A stretch of 64,000 bases of DNA, from NCBI GenBank assembly GCA_019429305.1, contig JAHYIR010000004.1, positions 79,781 through 143,780 of the forward strand. The letters are read 5' to 3'. Below, in pieces: positions 46,756-56,735 of the stretch. Position 1 is the first letter of the stretch; each line of letters begins with the position of its first letter. Origin of the DNA: Candidatus Cloacimonadota bacterium. Its GTDB lineage: Bacteria; Cloacimonadota; Cloacimonadia; Cloacimonadales; JAJBBL01. The notes beneath the pieces are model-generated. The model had not been told where the DNA came from. It did no database searches and saw only the letters and a list, made by a program, of their open reading frames with translations. A program made the translations under genes and the position numbers.

Positions 46756-47490
46756 CTACCAAAATCTTCCTCGTAAGTTTTGTTGTTCTCTTTCGCGTTC
46801 CCGTTGTTCTTCCAAGAATTCTCGCTCTCTGGACATAAGTGTTCGGAGAATATTTTCTGCTTCTTCTAATTGACGTTCTCTGTCAGGGTCACTCTCTTCT
46901 GGCTGATCTCCCTCTCCTTCCTGTCTTTCTACTACCTCTGCCTCTTCTCCCTCTTCTGAATCATCAGGTTGGGCATCAGCTTGCTGTTGTTGATCCTGCT
47001 CATCTTCGTCTTCTCCTTCACCCGACTCCGGTTGCTTTTGAGTTTCTTCACCCATCTCTTGTAACAGTAATCTCGTCAACTCATAATTATAACGGGCATC
47101 GAAATTATCCGGGTCTGTCAAGATGGCATTTCGATAACTCTCCAGCGCTTCTTTATAGTTCTGTTGCTCAAAAAGAGCATTGCCTATATTGTGATAAATA
47201 TTGGATTTAAGAGGAAACTCTTCATCTCTTAATGCTCTGCCGTATTCAGATAAAGCAGCATCCAAATTTCCTTCCCGGAAATGACTGTTACCTAAATTGA
47301 AGTGTAAAGCACCCTCACCGGGATGATTGAGCACATTTTCTTCAAAGTTCTGGCGTGCTTCTTCATAACTCTGATTTTCATAGGATCTAATACCGCGTAA
47401 ATTACGTAAAACTTTATCATAAGTTAAATTGACAGCAGAAATATAAGTAAAAGTACTAAGACAAATCAATATGGTGATTAGCTTTAGCAT
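46756..47490 (-). CDS. batC: BatC-like TPR protein with acidic C-terminal tail
   Basis: A signal peptide and TPR repeats (HFNLGNSHFREGN, YHNIGNALFEQQN) are followed by an E/D/Q-rich tail. It sits immediately downstream of batB in the transcription order batA-batB-batC-batD. Confidence 0.7.
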   Translation of the reverse strand: MLKLITILICLSTFTYISAVNLTYDKVLRNLRGIRSYENQSYEEARQNFEENVLNHPGEGALHFNLGNSHFREGNLDAALSEYGRALRDEEFPLKSNIYHNIGNALFEQQNYKEALESYRNAILTDPDNFDARYNYELTRLLLQEMGEETQKQPESGEGEDEDEQDQQQQADAQPDDSEEGEEAEVVERQEGEGDQPEESDPDRERQLEEAENILRTLMSREREFLEEQREREREQQNLRGRFW

Positions 47491-47545
47491 ATAATACTCC
47501 TGATCTTATCTGCATCATATCTTCTATATAAAACAATCATTCGGA

Positions 47546-48559
47546 TCATAAATTTCTCTCCTGGGGTATATTTTTTTTATAGAGAATAAGTACTTCCAAG
47601 AAGAGTAGAAAAAGAGCAAAAAAAGCGAAATAATGATATCGTTCTCTATAACGTACATATTCGCGAGCTTCATATTTTTCTCGCTCCAGAGCTTCAATAT
47701 CACGTAAAATTTCGAATATCTCTGCCCGATGCGGTGTGACGTGATAGAATCTGCCACCGGTTACCTGTGCTATTCTATTGAGTGTTGTGGCGTCGAGTTT
47801 AGAGATGACTACATTGCCAGCACCATCTTTGGCATATTCGATGTTTCCTTGGGCTGTTCTGATAGGAATAGGGCTTCCCTCTGTCGAACCTACACCCAAA
47901 GCATGAATCACTATACCTTGATCGGCTATCTTCTCTGCTTGGGAAATACCTTGACCCTCTAAATCCTCTCCATCGCTAATCAAGATTATTATCCTCTCTT
48001 TATCGGGTTCTTGGAAGAGATTACTCGCCGTTTCCAAAGCATAGGCAATGTTTGTTCCAGAAACAGGGATAGTATCAGTATCTAATAAACTAAGAAACAT
48101 CTTAGCTGCTGCATAATCATCGGTCAAAGGTAATTGTACAAAGCTCTCTCCAGCAAAAGGCACCAAAGCAATGCGATCTCCTCTTAACTGATCTATAAAT
48201 AACGAGATGTGATCTTTTGCCCGTTGTAAGCGGTTTGGGCGTATATCGGTCGCTTCCATTGATTTAGAGACATCAATGCAAATCACAATATCCAGACCCT
48301 CTTTAGTTACTATCTGCATCTCTTGTCCCCAGCGTGGTCTGGCTGCTGCTAAGATCAAGAAAAGGGAAGCTATGATGATCAATAGGTTCTTCAGTGACCA
48401 ATGAAAATGTGAAAACTGAGCAAGATAAAATTTAAAGAACCGTTGATCCGCAAATTTCGAAAAGCGCTTCTTCTGCCATACTTTGGCTGAACTGAGTAAG
48501 ATCAGCATTAAAGGTATCACTAAGAGTAACAGAAGGTAATTCGGTGCTGCCCAATTCAT
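47546..48559 (-). CDS. batB: BatB-like von Willebrand factor A domain membrane protein
   Basis: An N-terminal TM segment is followed by a VWA MIDAS motif (ICIDVSKSM) and a C-terminal TM segment. Confidence 0.8.
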   Translation of the reverse strand: MNWAAPNYLLLLLVIPLMLILLSSAKVWQKKRFSKFADQRFFKFYLAQFSHFHWSLKNLLIIIASLFLILAAARPRWGQEMQIVTKEGLDIVICIDVSKSMEATDIRPNRLQRAKDHISLFIDQLRGDRIALVPFAGESFVQLPLTDDYAAAKMFLSLLDTDTIPVSGTNIAYALETASNLFQEPDKERIIILISDGEDLEGQGISQAEKIADQGIVIHALGVGSTEGSPIPIRTAQGNIEYAKDGAGNVVISKLDATTLNRIAQVTGGRFYHVTPHRAEIFEILRDIEALEREKYEAREYVRYRERYHYFAFFALFLLFLEVLILYKKNIPQERNL

Positions 48560-48725
48560 TACACAACCTCCAAAACTCGGACAGATTTATCGGTTACGCT
48601 GATATAAGACAGTCGTTCGTCTTGAGATATATCATAGTTAATACCCATATTATGCAATAAATTAGCAACCATTATACTATAAATTAGTTTAAGTATATCA
48701 TTCTTTATCATTGTATATCAACCAA

Positions 48726-49721
48726 TTATGGGAAATCAATCTGTAACAAAGTTCGGTAAATATATTCCAAGAATAAGAGTATCAGTGCCACTAATAGTAA
48801 CCAGTAGAATATCTCAGTATAACGATAGTAGTGTTCGATCTCATATTCAGTTTGTTCCAGAGCATCAATTTCACGTAAAACTCTTGCGAATTCATTTGTA
48901 TCAGTAGCTTCCCAAGCTCCGTCAACACCAGTAATTCGGGCTATTTGATGCAGGGTATTCATATCATAATCTATCTGTACTCTTCTGTACTGAGTACCAT
49001 AGATCGGGTGATGAAATGGAAAGTCAACAAGTCCGTGACTTCCAATACCGACCGCATAGATCTTAATATCGAAAGTAGCAGCGAGATGAGCAGCGGTAAT
49101 AGGGTCAATTTCACCGGAGTTGTTCACTCCATCAGTAATCAAGACAATGACTTTTGATTCAGCATCGGAATCTTTTAATCTAGCGACAGCAGTGGCAATA
49201 CCCATGCCAATAGCAGTACCTGACGCATCTTCCGGGAAATCTATATTCTCAATAATATGACGTAAGAGATTGTAATCATTGGTCAACGGACAGAGGGTAA
49301 AGGCATGGGGTGCGAAAACTACAACACCAATCCGGTCATTTACTCTCTGATCAATGAAATCTAAAGCAACTCTCTTAGCAGCTTCCAGCCGGTTTTTTGG
49401 TTTGAAGTCCAATGCTTGCATACTGCCGCTGACATCAATTGACAGCATGATATCTATCCCTCGTCCTCTGATGATCTCCTGCCTGTCTTTCAATCTTGGT
49501 TGAGCAAGGGCAAAGATGAGAGCAGTGATCATTAAACTACGAATGATCAAGGGGATATAGCTTAAAAAGCTGTTATGACGAGCTGTTTCTTTAAGGATAT
49601 CCAAACGGCTATAACTTATCCTTACTCGCTTCTTATTCTTGATGAACAACTCATATAACCAGAGAAATGGTATGATAAACAATAACCATAGAAGATAGGG
49701 ATAGACGAATTCAAATATCAT
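48726..49721 (-). CDS. batA: BatA-like von Willebrand factor A domain membrane protein
   Basis: N-terminal TM segments are followed by a VWA MIDAS motif (LSIDVSGSM, ITDGVNN) and a C-terminal TM segment. Confidence 0.8.
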   Translation of the reverse strand: MIFEFVYPYLLWLLFIIPFLWLYELFIKNKKRVRISYSRLDILKETARHNSFLSYIPLIIRSLMITALIFALAQPRLKDRQEIIRGRGIDIMLSIDVSGSMQALDFKPKNRLEAAKRVALDFIDQRVNDRIGVVVFAPHAFTLCPLTNDYNLLRHIIENIDFPEDASGTAIGMGIATAVARLKDSDAESKVIVLITDGVNNSGEIDPITAAHLAATFDIKIYAVGIGSHGLVDFPFHHPIYGTQYRRVQIDYDMNTLHQIARITGVDGAWEATDTNEFARVLREIDALEQTEYEIEHYYRYTEIFYWLLLVALILLFLEYIYRTLLQIDFP

Positions 49722-50695
49722 TTTTCCTCAGGGACTGCATTATCAATAACTGCTCTCTTCTTATAGGACTTTAAATAGTTCTCCAACCACTCAGTATGCT
49801 CAAGAGCATTGTTTACGTAGGGGACTTGTTTAGCAAATTTGACCAGATCGGTTTCATTGAGGAACTTATTCAAGTCGGTTCTCTCCTTTAGAGGGAAGCC
49901 GTTAATTTGCTGCTTGATCTCACTGCTGGTCATCTCTACGGCATTGAACTTATAGTTAAGCTCTAAAAAGAAACGCAAGATAAAGGAAAGCTGGAAATAA
50001 TACTCCAAATAGTTACCTTTTTCCAGTAATCTCTTCTGCTTGAGATCTTCCAACAGTTCCAAAGCTATCTGATATGCCGGTCTGGTTTCTTGCTCTTTGG
50101 CTGTCTCGATTAACTCTTTTTTCTGGAAGATCTTTTTCCAGAACATGATCACTATTCCTACTAAAATGATCAATGATACCAGTGGTACTAGATAATCCCA
50201 AAAACCCAATCTAAGCCGCAGAGGACCAGCAATATCCTTTATAACAGCACTTGTATCGGCTAATACAGAAGTAACCTTTAGTTCGACCGGGGAAGTCCTT
50301 AAGTTGATAATTTCGCTCGTTTCTGTATCAAAGACTTCAAAGTTAAGTGAAGGTAATCTTAATTCACCTGTTTCAAAAGCGGAAAACCTATAATTGAAGC
50401 TAGAAATCTGCTTATTATCTATCGTTGACAATTCTTTCTTGATGTCATTGATCACAAAAACATCTATCGTATCTTTAATGGGATGATAAACCTCTTGAGT
50501 CACGGCTGTCATTATCTGGACATGTAAATGGAAAGGGGTGCCAATATATAACTCGTCAGGTTGCATGATACGTTGTTCTAACGTAGGTTCAATACTCTCT
50601 TTCTGCAACAAGTCGGGATAAACTAAGAGAGTTCCAAATAATAGGATGAATGAAATAATAAAAAATCGCAAACGATCTCTATTGACTATGCTCAT
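49718..50695 (-). CDS. DUF4381-like membrane protein of the Bat operon
   Basis: It lies between the DUF58 and batA genes. A single central TM segment is followed by a helical region (PAYQIALELLEDLKQKRLLEKGNY). Confidence 0.55.
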   Translation of the reverse strand: MSIVNRDRLRFFIISFILLFGTLLVYPDLLQKESIEPTLEQRIMQPDELYIGTPFHLHVQIMTAVTQEVYHPIKDTIDVFVINDIKKELSTIDNKQISSFNYRFSAFETGELRLPSLNFEVFDTETSEIINLRTSPVELKVTSVLADTSAVIKDIAGPLRLRLGFWDYLVPLVSLIILVGIVIMFWKKIFQKKELIETAKEQETRPAYQIALELLEDLKQKRLLEKGNYLEYYFQLSFILRFFLELNYKFNAVEMTSSEIKQQINGFPLKERTDLNKFLNETDLVKFAKQVPYVNNALEHTEWLENYLKSYKKRAVIDNAVPEEK

Positions 50696-50700
50696 GTAAT

Positions 50701-51582
50701 TTACCGGTTCCTTCTTCTGATACGAGATTTGAAGAATTTCATTAATTCCTTTATGTAGTTATCCCCTGTCTCCAAGGTTATTAGATCAACCCGCATTTTT
50801 TTGAATCTGTTGATTATCTCTGCTTGATGGGCGAGTGTCTTTTCTCTGAATTCTTTTCTTACCTTCATGTTCATGGTATTCACAGTGAACTTCGAATCAG
50901 TCTCAGGATCATAAATATGCAACAAACCGACTTGGGGAAGGTCCAATTCGGCTGAATCTATCACCTGTATAGCAACTACATCGTGTTTTTTAGCTAAAAT
51001 CTTTAGATCATTATCGTAATCTTTATCAAAAAAGTCGGAAAGAATAAAAATAATGCTCCTCTTATTTAGTAATCGATACAGATAGCGAACAGCATTTGCT
51101 AGATTCGTTCCCTTTGACTCTGGTTGATGATAGAGCACTTCCCGTAAGATGCGTAAAGCAGTTTTCTTCCCTTTACGTGGTGGAATATATTGCTCGATCT
51201 GGTCTGAGAAGAGGAGCAAACCTACTTTATCATTATTAGTGATAGCTGAAAAGGCAAGAACTGCAGTGATCTCAGTCACAAATTCCGACTTGAGGTATTG
51301 ATTGGTACCGAATAGAGTAGAGGCACTACAATCAACAACAAAGATAACATTCAGCTCTCTCGTTTCGGAGAATATCTTGATGTAAGGATGTCCCATACGA
51401 GCAGAGACGTTCCAGTCGATCTGCCGGTAACTATCACCGGGCTGGTAATCTCTTACTTCCGAGAACTCCAGACCTTGTCCTTTGAAGAGACTATGATACT
51501 CACCTGAAAAGATCTCGTTAACGATATTACGAGTCGTGATCTCGATCTTTCTTATTCTTTGTAGTATTTCTGCCGTATCCAT
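50701..51582 (-). CDS. DUF58 domain protein (MoxR partner)
   Basis: The DUF58 signature FKGQGLEFSEVRDYQPGDSYRQIDWNVSAR is present, and the gene is immediately downstream of the MoxR ATPase. Confidence 0.85.
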   Translation of the reverse strand: MDTAEILQRIRKIEITTRNIVNEIFSGEYHSLFKGQGLEFSEVRDYQPGDSYRQIDWNVSARMGHPYIKIFSETRELNVIFVVDCSASTLFGTNQYLKSEFVTEITAVLAFSAITNNDKVGLLLFSDQIEQYIPPRKGKKTALRILREVLYHQPESKGTNLANAVRYLYRLLNKRSIIFILSDFFDKDYDNDLKILAKKHDVVAIQVIDSAELDLPQVGLLHIYDPETDSKFTVNTMNMKVRKEFREKTLAHQAEIINRFKKMRVDLITLETGDNYIKELMKFFKSRIRRRNR

Positions 51583-51620
51583 AGTATATGAAGTTTTTGT
51601 TATCAGATGATACTTAAAGT

Positions 51621-52607
51621 TTAGGGAACTTCGATCTCATCAAACAGCCGATCAACTATGTTGTCCTGATTGATCTGTTCTGCTTCGGCTTCGTAGGTTA
51701 GTATAATTCTGTGACGGAGAATATCTTTTCCGATTGCTTTGATATCATCTGGTGTTACGTAACCCCGTCTTTCTAGAAAGGCATTTGCCTTGGCAGCTTG
51801 AGCAAGATAGATAGAGGCACGCGGAGAGGCACCATATTCGATCAGATCTTTCAATTCTTTTAAGCGCGGATATGTTTCAGGTTCACGAGTAGCAAAGACC
51901 AGATCAAGGATATAATCCTTAATTTTTTCTTCCATGTATATTTGTTTAACATCTTCTCTTAGAGAGATGATCTCTTCTGGAGTAATGACATGATTAACCT
52001 CAATTGGTTGGTCTGGTATCATTCTCTCCATGATCATCTTCTCTTCTGGTTTAGTGGGGTATTGGATGATCAGTTTGAGCATAAAACGATCTACTTGGGC
52101 TTCTGGTAAAGGATACGTTCCTTCCTGTTCCAACGGGTTTTGAGTAGCCATAACCAGAAATGGTTTAGGCAGTTCATAAGTATGATCGCTGATAGTAACT
52201 GTCTTTTCCTGCATTGCTTCTAAGAGAGCCGATTGTACCTTTGCAGGAGCTCTATTAATCTCATCAGCTAAGATAAAATTAGCAAAGATAGGTCCCTTTT
52301 TCGGGTAAAATTCGGAAGTCTTTTGATTGTAGATCAACGTTCCGGTCAGATCTGCCGGTAGCAGGTCTGGAGTAAACTGAATTCTTTTAAATGTAGCGTT
52401 GAAAGTTCGAGAAACTGTATTAACTGCTAACGTTTTTGCCAGACCGGGAACACCTTCCAATAATAGGTGTCCATTAGCGAGTAATCCTATCAGAAGGCGA
52501 CGGATCATGTATTCCTGTCCGACAATAACCTTCTTGATCTCTTTTTGAATCTCCTCAATAACCTGGCTCTTGGCATATATCAATTCATTCAACTGTTCGA
52601 TGTTCAT
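51621..52607 (-). CDS. moxR: MoxR-family AAA+ ATPase
   Basis: Walker A GVPGLAKT, Walker B ILADEINRA and VMATQNP are present. The protein is about 330 aa. Confidence 0.9.
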   Translation of the reverse strand: MNIEQLNELIYAKSQVIEEIQKEIKKVIVGQEYMIRRLLIGLLANGHLLLEGVPGLAKTLAVNTVSRTFNATFKRIQFTPDLLPADLTGTLIYNQKTSEFYPKKGPIFANFILADEINRAPAKVQSALLEAMQEKTVTISDHTYELPKPFLVMATQNPLEQEGTYPLPEAQVDRFMLKLIIQYPTKPEEKMIMERMIPDQPIEVNHVITPEEIISLREDVKQIYMEEKIKDYILDLVFATREPETYPRLKELKDLIEYGASPRASIYLAQAAKANAFLERRGYVTPDDIKAIGKDILRHRIILTYEAEAEQINQDNIVDRLFDEIEVP

Positions 52608-52780
52608 TAAAACCTCCGCATAAAATTTTCTATCTTCATTTATTAGCTTGAATTCGATTATTGGTCATATCATTGCCTAACCCATCAGGGAATGGTCCGG
52701 ATAGTTAGGTGGGATTTCGTTTTATGTAACTCTACAGATTTTGTTATGTTTCAATAAGACGATAAGAAGGTAGAAGATCT

Positions 52781-53290
52781 TTATTGATCATAACGGTCAA
52801 TTATGTGTTTTTGGATAACTACGCCACTCTTATCCTTGAATTCAATAACGATCTTATCTATCTCGACATCAAGAATTACATAGGAAGCTGGTCTGTCTTT
52901 GTCCCATTCATCCTTTAAATGTCCCGGATTGAGGAAATAGTGTCCATCGATTTTTTTCAGCTCTAACCGATGAGTATGACCATAGCAGAAGATATGATGA
53001 TTAGGCAGGATCTCAGGGATATCATCTATGTTGTGAACCAGCATAAAAGACCAATTTAGAACTTTGACGATCTGCCCAGCAGGTAGGGAACCGTCTAAAT
53101 ATCTCGGGTGAAATATCCCGGGAACTCTTGTAACTTTTTTACCGATAAGTAGATCTTCATTTTCATCTAAATCTTCGTAATTATCACCGAGATGGAAAAC
53201 ATAATTGCATTGCTCAATCTCATTTTGCAGAACCTTTCTCAAGAGAGATTGATTTTTATGCGTATCTGAAAGAACTATTATTCTAATCAT
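52781..53290 (-). CDS. YfcE/MJ0936-type metallophosphoesterase
   Basis: The motifs are VLSDTH, HLGDN and GHTH. The protein is 169 aa. Confidence 0.8.
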   Translation of the reverse strand: MIRIIVLSDTHKNQSLLRKVLQNEIEQCNYVFHLGDNYEDLDENEDLLIGKKVTRVPGIFHPRYLDGSLPAGQIVKVLNWSFMLVHNIDDIPEILPNHHIFCYGHTHRLELKKIDGHYFLNPGHLKDEWDKDRPASYVILDVEIDKIVIEFKDKSGVVIQKHIIDRYDQ

Positions 53291-53294
53291 ACAA

Positions 53295-55433
53295 TCAGCT
53301 CTTTTTCTTCTTAGGTTGTATTTTCGTTATCTTTCTTTTTGCTGGTTCCTTCTTAGCAAGAAGTACCTTTTTTTTATCAACTTTTGCTACATGTTCTTTG
53401 GGTTTTGAGTTCTGCTTTTTAGCTTCTTTCGCTATATCCTTTTTCTCAATTTTCGAGACAGTCCTCTTGCTTGAAGTTTTAGTTTCTGTTTTCGTTTTGA
53501 TATCTTTATCTTTATACTTATCTTTTACCAATGGTGTCTTCTTCTCAAGGGATTTTTCAACTTTTTCAATCTTCTTGCTTTTATCCTCTGGTTTGGGTTT
53601 GGGTGCTGCTATTTTCTTCGGTTTCTCTATTGGTGGAGAAGTAGGTTTTTCTTTTTGGGGTGATATTTTGCCTTTCTTCTTAGCAACGTCTTCAAGGATT
53701 TTTGCCGTCGAATCTGATACCTCTTTTTCTTTGGGAGCTGCTTTCTTTTTACCTTTGCCTTTGTCAGAAGTATCTTTTTTGGTCATACTTTCCGGAGCCG
53801 AGATACCCATTAATTGGAAAGAGATTGCTAATACATCTTTAATAGCCGAGATCAAGTATAATCTTGCTCGCGAAAGTTCCAGATTATTGCTATCAACGAT
53901 CTGATATTTTTGGTAGTATTTATGGAAGAGAGCAGCTAAGTCATAAACATAGAAAGCTAATCTGTGGGGCTCTCTGAATTCTGCAATAGCGGCTATCAGA
54001 TCGGGAAAATCTAACAACTTCTTAATTATTACCATTTCTTCATCTTGCTTCAACTTCTTTAACTCATTCTCATCGAATTTCTTCAGAGAGATCTTCTCTT
54101 TTTTGGCTTTTCTCAGTACACTACAGATACGAGCATGGGCATATTGGCAATAATAAACAGGATTTTCACTTGTCTTTTTCTTTGCCAATTCCAGATCAAA
54201 GTTCAAATGCGCACTAGGTTTTTTCTCTAAGAAAAAGAAACGGGCTGCATCTACACCGACTTCTTCTACCAATTCGTCCATCGTAACGATATTTCCGGTT
54301 CTTTTAGACATTTTGATCTTTTCGCCACTCTCGTATAGGTTGACTTGCTGCAGAAACACTATCTCAAGTTTGCTCTCGTCAAAATTCAAAGCTCTGATGG
54401 CAGCTCTTAATCTTGGAACATAACCATGATGGTCTGGACCTAAGACATCGATCATATAATCGAAACCACGATGATATTTTGTTAGGTGATAAGCCAGATC
54501 AGGAACGAAGTAAGTTATTTCACCATCCGATTTCATTAGTACTCTATCTTTCTCATCACCAAATTTTGATGAGGCAAACCAGATGGCATCCTCACTTTCA
54601 TAAGTACAATCAGCTTCGGCAAGGTAACTCAAGACCTCTTCAATTACTCCTTGTGAACGGAGAATCTTTTCCGATACCCAACTGTCAAATTCAACACCGA
54701 AACGTTCCAAGCTATCCCTCTGCATTTGATGGATCTCTTCCAAAGCGAACTCTTTCATCTTTTCCAATTTGTCTGCTTCAGAATAGTGCATGATCTTAGA
54801 GCCCTCTTTGGCTTTAAGTTTCAGAGCCAGATCTATAATATAAGTTCCCTGGTAAGTGCCCGGAGGTAATTCTTCTATCTGCTCACCAATAACTTCTCGA
54901 TACCGCATCTCTAAAGATTCTGCCAGCACATCTACCTGATTACCGGCATCATTGATATAGAATTCTCGTTTTGCTTGAAATCCAGCATAATTCATGATAC
55001 GAAAAAGAACGTCACCAAAAGCGGCAGCCCGAGCATTAACAACATTGAGAGGTCCTGTTGGGTTGGCACTAACGAACTCAATGAGAGCTTTTCTGCCATC
55101 GCCAAAATTACTTGCTCCATAGCTCTTACCTTGAGAAGAGATCTCTTTTAGTGCCTTGTAATAAAGATTATTCGCTATCTCGAAGTTGATGAAGCCGTTA
55201 CCTGCTACTTTTACCGATTTGTAATGCTTCTTTTTAGCGAGATAGTTCGCTATCTGCTTCGCCATATCTTTGGAATTGATAGAATTATTACGAGCATTAA
55301 CTAATGCTGCATTGGTAGAAAAGTCTCCATATTCCTGATTTTTAGGTACTTCTACGTAGTATTTATCAGAATATTCAAAACCTAATTTCTTCCATGTTTC
55401 TTTTAGATCCTTGATTATTATCTCTTTTATCAT
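53295..55433 (-). CDS. argS: arginine--tRNA ligase with 162-aa Lys-rich C-terminal extension
   Basis: The class I HIGH-region equivalent ANPTGPLNVVNARAAAFGD, the MSKRTGN (KMSK) loop, and a DALR anticodon-binding region ending ..ISAPESM are present. A K/P/E-rich tail then continues in frame. Confidence 0.9.
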   Translation of the reverse strand: MIKEIIIKDLKETWKKLGFEYSDKYYVEVPKNQEYGDFSTNAALVNARNNSINSKDMAKQIANYLAKKKHYKSVKVAGNGFINFEIANNLYYKALKEISSQGKSYGASNFGDGRKALIEFVSANPTGPLNVVNARAAAFGDVLFRIMNYAGFQAKREFYINDAGNQVDVLAESLEMRYREVIGEQIEELPPGTYQGTYIIDLALKLKAKEGSKIMHYSEADKLEKMKEFALEEIHQMQRDSLERFGVEFDSWVSEKILRSQGVIEEVLSYLAEADCTYESEDAIWFASSKFGDEKDRVLMKSDGEITYFVPDLAYHLTKYHRGFDYMIDVLGPDHHGYVPRLRAAIRALNFDESKLEIVFLQQVNLYESGEKIKMSKRTGNIVTMDELVEEVGVDAARFFFLEKKPSAHLNFDLELAKKKTSENPVYYCQYAHARICSVLRKAKKEKISLKKFDENELKKLKQDEEMVIIKKLLDFPDLIAAIAEFREPHRLAFYVYDLAALFHKYYQKYQIVDSNNLELSRARLYLISAIKDVLAISFQLMGISAPESMTKKDTSDKGKGKKKAAPKEKEVSDSTAKILEDVAKKKGKISPQKEKPTSPPIEKPKKIAAPKPKPEDKSKKIEKVEKSLEKKTPLVKDKYKDKDIKTKTETKTSSKRTVSKIEKKDIAKEAKKQNSKPKEHVAKVDKKKVLLAKKEPAKRKITKIQPKKKKS

Positions 55434-55449
55434 CTTGAGTATCCAACCT

Positions 55450-55794
55450 TTACATGTTCTTTCTTTCAGGCATTTTATGCCAGAGATCTTCTAATTGATA
55501 AAAATCTCTTACCGGGACATCAAAGATATGGACGATGACATCAACAAAGTCGATCAGTATCCACTTGCCATTATCCATTCCTTCGGCTCCCATTAAAAAG
55601 ATTTTATTCTCTTTTGCTTTATCTATGATATGATTAGCAATTGCCTTAGTATGAATTTCACCATTGCCGCTACAAATTACAAAATAATCGGTAAACGAAG
55701 ATTTATCCTGGACATCTAGTTCGACAATATCTTCACCTTTTTTTGCTTGTATCCACTCGATTAACTGGGATACCCTTTCTTTCAATTCTTCCAT
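55450..55794 (-). CDS. rsfS: ribosome silencing factor RsfS (iojap)
   Basis: It is 114 aa and contains DIVELDV..SSFTDYFVICSGNGEIHTKAIANHI and WILIDFVDVIVHIF. Confidence 0.9.
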   Translation of the reverse strand: MEELKERVSQLIEWIQAKKGEDIVELDVQDKSSFTDYFVICSGNGEIHTKAIANHIIDKAKENKIFLMGAEGMDNGKWILIDFVDVIVHIFDVPVRDFYQLEDLWHKMPERKNM

Positions 55795-55834
55795 AACTCT
55801 CCTTGCTTCATCATTAATTATACTTGCTTTATTT

Positions 55835-56260
55835 TTAGTTCCTCATATATTCCCGAAAGTCTCTACCAGCTATGATCTGGAAACTTTCTACGGCATGGTC
55901 GTCAAGAGCAAAAACACGACGGGTTATTCCCGTATATTTCATCAAACGTTTCAGGTCTTGTGGGTCATCATGCTTAACTACAATAATACTCTTATCGTAG
56001 ATAAACTTATCTACATTTCCTACTCCGATCACATCGATATTATACCTGATAAGATAATTACCGAAATCAGAAGCAGCATTACGATATCCACAACCATTAA
56101 GAACTCTAACTCTAATAGCCGGCGACAGATCTCGAAAGTCACTATCTTGCTCTTTACATGCAATGAGCATGATCCCTATAAAGAATAACAGAACACCATA
56201 ACGGTATAAAAAATGATCTGTTGATCTTATAACCCGATAAAGACTATTCTTCATTAACAC
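55835..56260 (-). CDS. LytR_C (LytR cell-envelope-related C-terminal) domain membrane protein
   Basis: A TM anchor is followed by IRVRVLNGCGYRNAASDFGNYL..IDVIGVGN, which is typical of LytR_C. Confidence 0.65.
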   Translation of the reverse strand: MLMKNSLYRVIRSTDHFLYRYGVLLFFIGIMLIACKEQDSDFRDLSPAIRVRVLNGCGYRNAASDFGNYLIRYNIDVIGVGNVDKFIYDKSIIVVKHDDPQDLKRLMKYTGITRRVFALDDHAVESFQIIAGRDFREYMRN

Positions 56261-56735
56261 ATTCTATAAAACACTCTTTAAGCATCTGATATGCCTGTTC
56301 AAAATCTTCCGGGATAACTCTTATCTCTGCGACAATAGACATGAAATTTGCATCTCCGAACCATCGTGGAACGATATGTATATGCAGATGATCATCAACA
56401 CCGGCGCCTGCCGCTTTACCAATATTGATCCCAACATTCAATCCGTCTGCATTGTATCTTTTTTGCAACACTCTTTCACAGAGTTGTACAGTAGAGAACA
56501 TATCATGTAATTCTTCAGGTTGCAGATCAGTGAGATTAGATACGTGTCTCTGCGCTACGACCATTATATGTCCATTGTTATAGGGATATAGATTCATAAT
56601 CACGAAAGAATGCTTACTACGGTGTAAGACGAGTCTTTTTTCGTCCTCTTCCTTATTAAAACAGAAAATGCAGCCATCCGGTTTCTCTGAGATCAGGTAT
56701 TCATAACGCCACGGTGAATAAAGGTTTTTAGTCAT
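56244..56735 (-). CDS. HIT family protein (Ap4A phosphorylase-like)
   Basis: The histidine triad HLHIHIVPR and NLYPYNNGHIMV are present. Confidence 0.85.
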   Translation of the reverse strand: MTKNLYSPWRYEYLISEKPDGCIFCFNKEEDEKRLVLHRSKHSFVIMNLYPYNNGHIMVVAQRHVSNLTDLQPEELHDMFSTVQLCERVLQKRYNADGLNVGINIGKAAGAGVDDHLHIHIVPRWFGDANFMSIVAEIRVIPEDFEQAYQMLKECFIECVNEE

